A stretch of 64,000 bases of DNA, from the NCBI GenBank assembly GCA_051294375.1, contig CM119264.1, positions 3,970,699-4,034,698 on the forward strand, in the 5' to 3' direction. The stretch is from Paraspadella gotoi (Eukaryota > Animalia > Chaetognatha). The position numbers and the translations under genes were made by a program. The notes under the pieces are model-generated. The model was given only the letters and a program-made list of their open reading frames with translations, was not told the origin of the DNA and searched no databases. This document shows, piece after piece, positions 43,493 through 54,746 of this stretch (position 1 is its first letter; each line of letters starts with the position of its first letter).

Positions 43493-44585
43493 GTTCCTCT
43501 CCTTAAAGTTACATAAACAACAAAAGGAAAGATCACAAGGGTTAAAATAAGTAAAAAGATTAAAGTCAATGTGACTCATATTTTTTTCATTTAAACTCTT
43601 TTCCACTCGTACCGAAACTTTATATCAAGCTTCGTCACACACTTTCCTACCCACACACAAAATTTGTGTGTCTATCTATGTCTATGTCTATCTATCCATC
43701 CAATTATGATTAATTAAAGTATTTATTGGCTAAAATAAGTAAAAAGATTTTAGTAAATACGTCTTATGTTTTTTCCATTTAAACTCATTTCCACTCACAC
43801 AATTCCATCAAAACTTTATATCCAGCTTTATCACACACTTTCCTACCCACACATAAAATTTCATTTCAATACAACCAGGTAATCACGAGTTATTCGAGCT
43901 TTTTGCTGAGGTGGAACGGATGGACGGATTGATTGACTGATTATTTAATTATTGATTAATTAATTAACTAATTGATTAATTAACTGATTAATTATTTGAT
44001 TTATTAATACATCCTGCATATACATTTAATATAAAAAGAAAAAGAAGCATAATTAATTAGTGAAACAGTTTTTTGTTTTTTTCCATTTAAACTTTTTTCC
44101 ACTCAAACGATTCCATCGAAACTTGATTTCCTGTTCAATCACACACTTTCCTACCCACATACAAAATTCCAGGTCAGTAGCCCCATTCACTCACGAGCAA
44201 TTGGTGTTCAAATAGTGAAATATATTTTTTTGTTTTTTCCTTTTAAACTCATTTCCACTCGCACGATTCCATCGAAACTTCATATCCAGCTCAATCACAC
44301 ACTCCCCTACCCACACACAAAATTTCATTCCAATCCATCCATCCAATCACGAGTAATTGGTGTTTTTAGCTAAGGTGGGATGGACGGATGGACGGACGGA
44401 TGGACGGACGGACGGACGGACGGACGGACAGATGGACGGACGGACATCGTTTTTTTTGCATAATTTATCATAATTCGATGTTCTGACATGATATAAGTTA
44501 GTGCCCGACAATATTGAGGGGGCGGACCGACTGACCGACGAAGTGAATTATAGAGTAGGGATCTGCTCATGAGCAGATCCGACTA
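42180..44585 (-). mobile_element. DINE-1-like non-autonomous Helentron-associated element (HINE), copy B
   Basis: One end ACAAGTTTGAGCAAACAATGTCGCATCTGC (hairpin plus subTIR); other end GGATCTGCTCATGAGCAGATCCGACTA (subTIR plus adjacent inverted repeat); (GACG)n microsatellite near 44380-44445; internal ~19-bp and ~150-bp tandem units; A-run flanks. Confidence 0.75.
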
Positions 44586-44771
44586 AAAATTAAAAAAAAA
44601 AATGTTTTGTCATTTCTTAAGGCCACACAAGATAATATATCTTTATATCTTTACGTTAGTTTGGTTCAAGTGTATAAGACAATAAAAGTATTTGTTTTGC
44701 TTTTGAACAAAACTAAAAATAAGACATTTTAAAACTATTTTTGTATTTTTTGCCAGAGATACCAGTGAAAA

Positions 44772-44844
44772 ATGGAAAAACATACATTTCTGTTGCTATT
44801 TGTGTTAATTTGGACAATTAAGATCACTTTTGTGGTTAATGCAG
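44772..44844 (+). CDS. Secreted Cys-rich hevein-like protein, signal-peptide exon
   Basis: AAAAATGG context; MEKHTFLLLFVLIWTIKITFVVNA ending in a V-x-A cleavage motif; donor GCAG|GTAAAA, phase 1. Confidence 0.7.
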
Positions 44845-45172
44845 GTAAAAAATTTATTAAGGAAAAATTAAATTGTCATTAAGCTGTTGTTAAAATAAGT
44901 GAAAAAATTAAAATCATTAAAGGAATTCGAGAAGATTGGTAAGAACTTATCTTTGACATTATTATCTCAAAAATAAGATTTACAAATACAGTTCCGCACA
45001 AAGTGTAAAAATAAACCGACAGTACCATTGGGACACACTGGATAAATATTTTTTTTAATCTTCACATTTCAGTTCTTTTCACAATCTCACTCAATCTATT
45101 TTTAACTGAAGCTGTCCTCACCTCAGACCACTATCCTTTCCCTCAAATCTTTGTTGGCAACTGTTAACCTAA

Positions 45173-45223
<51 letters not shown>

Positions 45224-45677
45224 TTTCCCTAACAATTTTTCACAACTTCACATTTGTCAAACGCGCTGAAGAAGATTTAAAATTAAACCGAAGTATATCC
45301 GATAATAATTGTAAACTCGTTGTTGAATGAAAATAAAAAGCTCTACATCTTTGAAACTCTAATATTAATAACAACGAAAAAAAGGAAATGATACAAATAT
45401 GTTAAATGTTTAATATTTTATCCTACTTAAACTCCAAAAAATTTAGAAAGATATTTTAAATTTAATAAACGTTTTTGGGAGAAACCACAAAAATTCAACA
45501 GAGAGAAAGAATGGGCAGGAAAAAAATCACAACTGTTAATATATTTACAACTACATAACTATTTTTAAATTATGGAAAAAAGTCAATTTCACGAGATCAA
45601 GTTACCTAAATTCAACTGAGTAGTTTTCAGTAAATAATAATATAAACATTCTGTGTATAATTTTTGTTTTTGATCAG

Positions 45678-45842
45678 AAAAAGCATTTAGAAATGACTTA
45701 AGATGTGGTCCCGACAATCTGATCAATGGGAAAGCTGCCATCTGTGATCCAAATGGCGAAAATCCTTGCTGTTCCCCAAACGGATGGTGTGGAAAAACAC
45801 ATGGTCACTGCCTCTGTGATGGATGTATTGATTATTCAAAAG
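45678..45842 (+). CDS. Hevein-like (chitin-binding type-1-like) 8-Cys module exon 1
   Basis: TTTTTGATCAG| acceptor; 165 nt, phase 1-1; KAFRNDLRCGPDNLINGKAAICDPNGENPCCSPNGWCGKTHGHCLCDGCIDYSK; donor AAAG|GTTTGT; CCSxxGxCG core. Confidence 0.85.
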
Positions 45843-46200
45843 GTTTGTGACAAAATAATTGCTATTTTCTATCATCAGATGGTTAATTCAAACAAAATTT
45901 CAAGTATAAATAAATATAAATATAAATATAAATATTATTAAATATTGATATGAGGCTCATACATATTTTCTGAGCGGATTGTCCGGTAGGCGATGGAACC
46001 GGAAGTCGAATTTTCTATGGGTGTCGGCGCCAAATGATATTCTTTATGCATTAAACAAGCAAAAGTAATAATAGCAATACTCACAATATAGTAATAAACA
46101 TTAACAGTTGTAAATAAACAATAACAAGAAATAAACGATGAGGAAGTAAAGTAAAGTAAAGTAAAGCTGTTTCAGTTGGAATGAGAAGAATGAGGGATCA

Positions 46201-47654
46201 ACAAGTTTGAGCAAACAATGTCGGATCTGCCTATGATAATTAAGCGGTAATCTGCTAATCAGATGATAAATCACGATAATTATTTCAATTTGTGATCCTA
46301 ACTGATCCAATACATGTAAATCGCTTGCAACGGATTAAACTGGTATAAATAATTTATTTGACAAGTATTTTTTTTAAACTTGAATCATTTTTAAACTCGC
46401 ATTATTTTTTCAACTCACATCATTTTTTCAACTTGCATCATTTTATCATCTTGAATCATTTCTTTAACTATCATCATTTTTTCAATTCGAATCATCTTTT
46501 TAACTCGCATCATTTTTTAACTTGAATCATTTTGTTAACTCGTATCATTTTTTTAATTTGCAACACTTGTTAATTTGCATCATTGTTTAAATTTGCATTA
46601 TATTTTCAATTGGCTTCATTTTTTCAACTAACATCATTTTTTCAATTTGCATTTTTTTTTCAATTGGCATCTTCTTTTCAATTTGTATAGTTTTTTAAAT
46701 TTTTATAATTTTTTAAATTTCCATCATCTTTTTAATTTGCATAATTTTTTAACCTGCAAAATTATTTTAACTTGAATCATTTTTTCAACTTGCAACTTTT
46801 TTTAATTTCCATCATTTTTTTAACTTGCATCATTCAACTTGCAATCAATCATTTTATTTGAGAGCGAGAAAGAGAAACTTAAAACAACTTCAAGTGAATG
46901 TTACTTTTTTTTCCACACACAAAATTTCATCTGAATCTATCCATCAACTTATGATTAATTCGAGTAATCATGGGTTGAAATCAGTAAAAAGATTTAGGTA
47001 AATGTGACTTGAGTTTTTTTCCATTAAAACTTATTTCCAATTGCACGATTCCATCGAAACTTTATATCCCGCTTTATCACAAACTTTCCTACCCACACAC
47101 AACATATACTTTCAAACTATCCATTAAATTAGGATTATTTTGAGTAATCATGGGTTAAAATTAGTAAAAAGATTTAAATGTGACTTATGTTTTTTCCATT
47201 TAAACTCATTTCACTCGCACGATTCCATTGAAACCGTATATCCCACTTTTCTAACCACACACAAAATTGTATTCCTATCCAACCATCCAATCACGAGTAT
47301 TTGGAGTTTTTTGCTAAGGGGGGACGGACAGACAGACTGTCGAGTAATATTCTTCTCGAGCCTTGTCGACGTCCAAAGAGTCTTTCGCGGAGAGAATTAA
47401 CTGCTTTTGACGGTCTCTATATATCAAATTTGAATATCTCTCGCCGTAAGAATTGTAAACAAACGCGAAAATAATCCGTGAAAATATTGTTTATTTTTGC
47501 GAGAAAAATCGATGTAAACAATGTAAATTCGAGCAAACGTCCAAATAATATACAGAATTTTGTGAAAAAATAGTTGAGGTCTCCTTGAAGTCGCGAAAAA
47601 GAATCGAATAATAATCCAGTAAAAAGTCGCTAACCAAGAAAAGTGCAGAGAGAT

Positions 47655-47694
<40 letters not shown>

Positions 47695-47985
47695 GAGAGA
47701 GGAAGATGTAAAGAGTCGGGGCGTCGGTCGATAGATAAGGTCAATGTCGGGTCAATGTCTAAATATGACTAGAATAGGCCGAACGTTTCTTCACAGACGG
47801 ACGGATGAACATAATTTTTTTTGCATAATTTATTGGTAGCCATTGTATTATTCCTTTCTTCATAATTTATCATAATTGGATGTTCTGACATGATTTAAGT
47901 GAGTGCATCACAAGATTTAAGGGGGGCCGATGGACCGACAAAGTGAATTATAGAGTCAGGATTTTCTGATAAGCAGATCCGACTA
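46201..47985 (-). mobile_element. HINE copy C, in an intron of the hevein-like gene
   Basis: Same two termini as copy B; its flanks GAGGGATCA / AAAATTCAACAG are found directly joined at 48958-48978 (empty site). Confidence 0.85.
47338..47795. mobile_element. ~458-bp TG..CA insertion nested in HINE C (possible solo LTR)
   Basis: Interrupts the GACR microsatellite; absent from HINE copies A, B and D; begins TGTCGAGTAATATTC and ends GAACGTTTCTTCACA (imperfect terminal inverted repeat). Confidence 0.45.
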
Positions 47986-48183
47986 AAAATTCAACAGAGT
48001 GAAAGAAAAGGCAGGAAAAAAATCACAACTGTTAATATATTTACAACTAAATAAATATTTTCAAATTAGGGGGAAAAAGTCAATTTCACAAGATCATGTC
48101 GCCTAAATTCAACTGAGTAGTTTTTAGTAAATAATAATATGAACATTCTGTGTATAATTTTTTTTCTCAATCTAAAAAATCAG

Positions 48184-48339
48184 TTAGAACTGACTTAAGA
48201 TGTGGTCCCGACTATCCAATCAATGAGAAACCTGCCATCTGTGATCGAAAAAGCGCAAATCCTTGCTGTGCCCCAAATGGATGGTGTGGAATAACACATG
48301 GTCACTGCCACTGTGATGGATGTATTGATTATTCAAAAG
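48184..48339 (+). CDS. Hevein-like 8-Cys module exon 2
   Basis: AATCAG| acceptor; 156 nt, phase 1-1; RTDLRCGPDYPINEKPAICDRKSANPCCAPNGWCGITHGHCHCDGCIDYSK; donor AAAG|GTTTGT. Confidence 0.8.
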
Positions 48340-49162
48340 GTTTGTGACAAAATAATGGCAATTTTCTATCATCAGATGGTTAATTCAAACAAAATTTCAA
48401 GTATAAATAAATATAAATAGAAATATTATTAAATAATGATATGAGGCTCATACATATTTTCTGAGCAGATTGTCCGGTTGGCGATGGAACCGAAACCCAT
48501 AACAAACTGCTAGTGTACTCTATGACACTATAAACGATTATAAGAAGGTTCCTTTGTTTCTTCATCGTTAATGAACATGCTACAATAGTTATAATGTGGA
48601 CGCAACAAGTTTCAGAGTAAGAATTATTTATTCTTCAACAACGTTATAAACAATAACAGTCAAAATGCTCAGATGCTAAGTCTATTACAATGGTATTTAC
48701 AAAGGTCAACGTTGGACCATAAAGGTCAACGTTTTGACCATAAGTAAGTTGGGGAAATGAGCGAGATAAGTTCGGTAAGGTCATGTGGTTTTACTGTGGT
48801 TGCGTGTTCTCGATGTTCGTCCACAATAAAACAATATTGAATACCCATATAAACAAGTTTGAGCAAACAATGTAATTGTTTATTAATATAGTTCATATAA
48901 GTTAATTGAGTTGGATTGGAGACTCACCCTCACTGTTCCAGTTGGAATGAGAAGAATGAGGGATCAAAAATTCAACAGAGAGAAAGAAAGGGCAGGAAAA
49001 AATCACAACTGTTAATTTATTTACTACTACATAAATATATTCAAATTAGGGAAAAAAGTAAATTTCACGAGATCATGTCTCCTAAATTCAACTAAGTAGT
49101 TTTCAGTAAATAATAATATAAACATTCTGTATATAATTTTTTTTGTCGTTCCAAAAAATCAG

Positions 49163-49318
49163 TTAGAACTGACTTAAGATGTGGTCCCTTCTTTCGGGTC
49201 AATATGAGAATTTCCATCTGTGATCCATATGGCGAATATCCTTGCTGTGCCCCAAATGGATGGTGTGGAAAAACACAAGATCACTGCGATTGTGATAGAT
49301 GTATTGATTACTCGAAAG
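49163..49318 (+). CDS. Hevein-like 8-Cys module exon 3
   Basis: AATCAG| acceptor; 156 nt, phase 1-1; RTDLRCGPFFRVNMRISICDPYGEYPCCAPNGWCGKTQDHCDCDRCIDYSK; donor AAAG|GTTTGT. Confidence 0.8.
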
Positions 49319-49488
49319 GTTTGTGACAAAATAATGGCAATTTTCTATCATCAGATGGTTCATTCAAAAACAACAATGGAAATTCAAATGTGTTTTTCGC
49401 CGAAGTGACTTTCTTAGCCCGTCTTTTATTCTTTACAGTTTTATTATTTCCTGAAGACGGCGTTAGCAGTCACTAGGTTTAAGGTTTT

Positions 49489-50537
49489 TAGTCGGATCTG
49501 CTTATCAGCAGATCCCGACTCTATAATTCACTTTGTCGGTCCGTCGGTCTGCCCCCTCAATATTGTCGGGCAGTCACTTATATCATGTCAGAACATCAAA
49601 TTATGATAAATTATGCAAAAAAAAACATGTCCGTCCGTCCGTCCGTCCATCCGTCCGTCCGTCCGTCCGTCCGTCCGTCCATCCCACCTTAGCAAAAAAC
49701 TCCAATTACTCGTGATTGGATGGATGGATTGGTATGAAATTTTGTGTGTGGGTAGGAAACTGTGTGATTGAGATGGATATGAAGTTTCGAGGGAATCGTG
49801 CGAGTGAAAATTGGTTTAAATGGAAAAAATAAACAAATATATTTTACTATTTGAACGCCAATTGCTCATGAGTGGATAGGGCAATTGACTTGAAATTTTG
49901 TATGATGGTAGGAAAGTGTGTGATTAAGCTGGATATAAAGTTTCGATGGAATCGTGCGAGTGGAAATGAGTTAAAATGGAAAAAAAAACAAAAGTCATAT
50001 TTACTTGAAGTATTTTTACTTAAATTTACTCATAATTATTATGTTTATTAAAAATTGGATAGATAAATCGAAATTGAATTTTGTGTGTGGGTAGGAAAGT
50101 ATGTGATAAAGCTGGATATAAATTTTTTGATGGAATCGTAGGAGTGGAAAAGAGTTCAAATTAGAAAACCAAAAGACACATTTATTTGAATTTTTTAGAG
50201 TTTCTTTCTCTCTATCTCTCTCTGATTGATTGATTGATTGATTGATTGACCAAATTATGCCAATTGACAAAAATATGCCAGTTGACCAAATTCTTAAAGT
50301 TGACCAAATTATGCCAGTTGACCAAATTAGGCCAGTTGTTAAAATTATGCCAGTTGACCAACTTATGCCGGTTGACCAAATTATGTCAGTTGACCAAATT
50401 ATGTCAGTTGACCAAATTATGTCAGTAGACCAAATTATGTCAGTTGACCAAATTATGCAAGTTCATTAAATTATGCAAGTTGACCAAGTTAGCTTTTTAC
50501 CACTAAATTATCGCAGATTGTTTGCTCAAATTTGTTT
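49489..50537 (+). mobile_element. HINE copy D (opposite orientation)
   Basis: Starts TTTTTAGTCGGATCTGCTTATCAGCAGATCCCGACT; (GTCC)n at ~49629-49685; 18-bp GTTGACCAAATTATGYCA array at ~50245-50490; ends GCAGATTGTTTGCTCAAATTTGTT. Confidence 0.75.
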
Positions 50538-50774
50538 CTGTCTTAATTATATGCATTTTTAACGTAAGTGGGACAGATTGATGGACAGACATACCGACGG
50601 ATCGACCGATAGACCGACCGAAAAGTGAATTATAGAGTTGCTCCGCGAGTACTCGCGGCACAACTAAAAACTTTTAAGTATAAATATTAGTGGTATTATC
50701 CTTTCATTTTTGTTGTGAATATATATTAGAGGCACAATTTGATTTCATTTAACAACGAATTTATTTCAATGAAG

Positions 50775-50825
50775 AAAAACGTACATGTTTCGGCTTTAAA
50801 TGCAAGCCTTCATCAGCGATTTGAC
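50775..50825 (-). ncRNA. Minimal type I hammerhead ribozyme motif (Penelope-like element type)
   Basis: Minus strand AAATCG-CTGATGA-a-GGCTT-gcattta-AAGCC-GAAAC-AT-GTA-CGTTTT: intact CUGANGA/GAAA core, 5-bp stem II, palindromic ACATGT stem III, GUA cleavage triplet, imperfect stem I. Confidence 0.65.
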
Positions 50826-50894
50826 GACTCCCTCTACTTTCGGTCACTTTCTCATTTTGTATGAAATTGGTACAACGAATATAAAAATATCCAT

Positions 50895-51122
50895 TCATTT
50901 AATAAATAAGCTATCTTGCCCCTGACTTTGGACAGGCTTTGGTGGTTTAAGGCCTCCATCACTCTTACAAGATAATGCAGTTCCCTGCAAGCTTTCAATC
51001 AAGACTTTCTCACAGTCTCGTTTATTCACTCCCAGAGTACCTGGCTTCCCTATCAATGAAGTAGTATAATATTTCAATTGATCAAAGAATGTTTCAATTG
51101 TATGAAAAGACCACTCCCTTAA
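50895..51122 (-). pseudogene. Possible GIY-YIG endonuclease C-terminal fragment of a Penelope-like retroelement
   Basis: WSFHTIE...KRDCEKVLIESLQGTALSCKSDGG loosely fits the F..iE...R..E...I..l....N...G pattern, and lies just upstream of the hammerhead on the same strand. Confidence 0.35.
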
Positions 51123-51299
51123 GTATTAGATCGGGGAATACTTATTGTACTCCACACTAGCATCAAAATACAAGGAGTATACAAGGAGTATATAATTTTT
51201 TGTAATATTTATTCATATAAAGAGCTTAGCTTTATATGCTGCAATCTCCAAAAATATTTAAAAAATTAGGTTAAAAAATATTTTAAAATATTTTTTCAG

Positions 51300-51337
51300 A
51301 TAAGAGGACGTTGGAAGAATTATTTGAAGAAATGTGA
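51300..51337 (+). CDS. Putative terminal exon of the hevein-like gene (KR plus acidic tail)
   Basis: Strong acceptor TTTTTTCAG|; read in phase 1 it gives (D)KRTLEELFEEM*; AATAAA about 230 nt downstream (~51565). Confidence 0.55.
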
Positions 51338-54177
51338 TTCACACAGAAAAGGAACAGAAAACCTCTGTACTTGAAGTTGAATTTGAATTTGAATTTGAAT
51401 TTGAATTTGAAGTTGAATTTTTAATTTGTAATTTTTTTTTAATTCATTTTTCTCCATTTTTTGATGATTATGAAATTTCAAGACTGAATATTTTGTTACA
51501 ACATTCTTACAATATTTTTAGAAAATAATTTTAAACTACAAAACAAACTAATTAACTAACAAACAATAAACTTATCAGTAAAAATGATTATCTTTTTAAT
51601 AGATATTAAGTTCTTGCTCTTAATGATTAGGTGAAAAAGGTTTTTTTTTGATTAAGGTTTTTTTGGTTTTTTGGTTTTTTTTCCTTATGGCATGTGGTGA
51701 CATGACATTATATCAGTTTTTATATTGACATTTTGTGAAATTTCTCACTAAATATTATCAAATGGGGTTGCTTTATATTGACCTATAATAAAACACCATG
51801 TACCTTGACTACTCCTTCGCCAAAAAGGTTCGTTTTCAATAAAGTCAAACGTTAACGCTTTCTCGTGCAACATCCAGTTGAATAAGAAAATATGGAACTA
51901 AAAGATTTTTCACTAAATAATTTGATTTTTTTTAAAGAAAACTAGTTAGACAGGAAGAACTTCTACCAGCGGCTACTTGGGTTGCCTTGGTGGCCATTGC
52001 CTCCAGTCTGGTGGGGACGACCGTGTGCTTTCGCAAAATCCTTCAGTGGCTAACCATTATTTCATTGTATTGTGTTGCCCAGCTTAAGAGCAGCAATACA
52101 TATTAAGGCGGAACAGGTTACAAACTAACAGAAGTCCAGTATAAATATTGTTAATGTGTCTATTAAAGATCGTAAAAATAAAAAAAATTTAAGATTTATC
52201 TTTTAGTTAAACGCAAGGAAGCTATTTTATATTATCCAAATATTATATAATATCAAAAAATTGTTTTTAATAAATTTTATTTTTTTAACGGATTCAGATA
52301 GAGCTTGAAAAGTTAGATGATGGTTAATTTTACAACTTTTTAAAATGATAATGATTTATCTATGAAAATTAATAAAAACTATAAAATTTCATGAATGATG
52401 TGATGATAATGATGATTTTTAAAGTTTTTTTAATTTGAAAATTCTTGAAATTTGTAGTACTGTAGATGACGCTGGTTGACCCCGCATCCGTGAATTGTTT
52501 ATCAACTTTGATAAAAGTTAGTTTAAACCAATTTGCTTGGTTAGAGAATTAAAAGCAACCTTAATAAAATAATCAAAGCATATAGATATTCCATTGCTTT
52601 TGCCAACAAGCAATTGAAACATCTATATGACAAAGCAAGCATCCTAATAATTAATTAATTAATTATACATTGATGGAAAAGACAATAACAATAAATAATT
52701 ATATCACTACAAGTTTTAAGAGAAGTTGTTAATTTTCATTTGGCTTTGTAAAATGGTTTCCAAGTAAGTTGGAATCATAGATGGAAATAAACTACTTAAG
52801 TCAGCTGATTCTTTGTATATTGGAATGATCTTTTGTTTTCGTAAAACAAAGGCAAAACAAAATAACGTGTGTAAATTTATATAGTAACTATGGAAATAAT
52901 ATTTTTAACCACCATTTTTAACTGGCGACATTGGCTGAGTCTCCAAACATGGCTGTCTCATCCCCGTTCGAAACTACAGTATTAACCTTTATCTAAATTT
53001 TTAATCTTTATCAGAATCCATTATGAAAAATTTAAATTTATTAAAAAGATTTTTAAGCATTTCTTATATATTGTTAAAAATTAAAATGCTTCCATGCATG
53101 AGGAAAATTAATTTAATCAAAATCTAACATCATAAGTAAATTTGGTTGTAAAAGGACAAAATACTTATTTCAGACTTTTTCAGATTGTAAAAAGTGTTAA
53201 ATTCTGGACCAACTTAATTCATATGTGGCTCACTGGCGCTGCGTAAAGCTATCAGCTCATGTTCGTGCGGCTAACGGTGGATGGATGGATGGACGGACGG
53301 ATCGATGGACAGAAAGATCTCATTTTATTTGCATAATACTGTATTTCAAAATTTTATGTCCTAACAAGAGAGGCAAGCCACTTGATAATCCATTCTCTGC
53401 GTTGAGAAAAAATTTTTTAAAATTTTTTAAAATTTTTTAAACTTTACCCGAAGAAAACATAAAATGAATATTACTAACTACGTCAATGAAAAATTACATT
53501 AATAATAACAATAACAATAAGCATTGGCTCATTTCAACAATATAAATAGTTTTAAAAAAACCCATCGGTATGAAACGTTGATTATTGATCGGAAGGAATT
53601 CCAGCCTCCGCTGCCCTCGCGTCGGTCGGTCGTGGGAGATCCAAACCATAACGCTTTCACACTTCGCGGATCAAGAGTTTAATTTAATGAAAAAAGTTAA
53701 TAAGCTTTAAAATTATCGATGCGTCCGTTGGTATGTGTAATTTGTGTATATAACCTCTTCATGTGTTTTTTTTTATATTCTAAAATGTAAGATCGAAAAT
53801 GAGTTGATAAAATGGTTGGTTTAATGATTGTTGCATTAGTTATTTTATTCATTAAGCTGCATCTACCGATATAAAAATGAAGACTGTCTCACAGTTAAAT
53901 ACATATATAATTTTATATATCTATTGCAAATTTGTGTGCAATCTCTCTCTCTCGAAAGAATCGTTAAAGTTTTTTTTCTTTTTCTTTTTCTTTTTCCCTC
54001 AGTTATAAACGGAATCGAATTGAAAGATAACGGAAGGCAAAGAAATTTAATCCCTCTGGCGGGAATCGCTGAAAAAAAAAGAATTACCGCTCGAGTTGTG
54101 AAAAACAAAAGACGGCGTAGGAAATCAGAAGCTAATGCGACGTCGACGGCGAAAAACCGATGCGTCGATGGACGCGA

Positions 54178-54266
<89 letters not shown>

Positions 54267-54574
54267 TTGGAAGGAAAATGGAAATGGGAGAAGCAGAGGG
54301 GATGTAAGGTGGAATGGAAAAGCAGCATGAAAGGCACAGTAACAGATAGGGGTGACATAAAGAGAAGCACTGATAGACAGGTAAAAATGCACAAAGACTT
54401 GTAACGGTTGTGAACTAATGATTTATAATTGTCTACATTAGGATTACTAAGAAAGCATGCCAATTTAATGTGCGTTTTTAAAGTGTGAAGGCAAAACAAA
54501 AATATAAAATAGCCCAAAAGTGAAAAAATATCTTAATTTTTGGCCAGTACATAAATAAAAAAAAATAAAATCAA

Positions 54575-54746
54575 AGGCCAGCACAAATTAAAAAAGAGCC
54601 CAATCTTTGGCCAGCACAAATTAAAAAAGAGCCCAATCTTTGGCCAGAACAAAAATAAAAAAGAGCTTGATCTTTAGCCAGCACAAATTAAAAAAGAGCC
54701 CAATCTTTGGCCAGAACAAAAGTAAAAAAAAACCCAATCTTTGGCC
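54575..54746. repeat. 33-bp minisatellite, about 5 units
   Basis: Unit GGCCAGCACAAATTAAAAAAGAGCCCAATCTTT. Confidence 0.9.

Noticed and set aside
50242-50469. VDQIMP repeat protein
   Set aside because: An 18-bp satellite inside HINE copy D.
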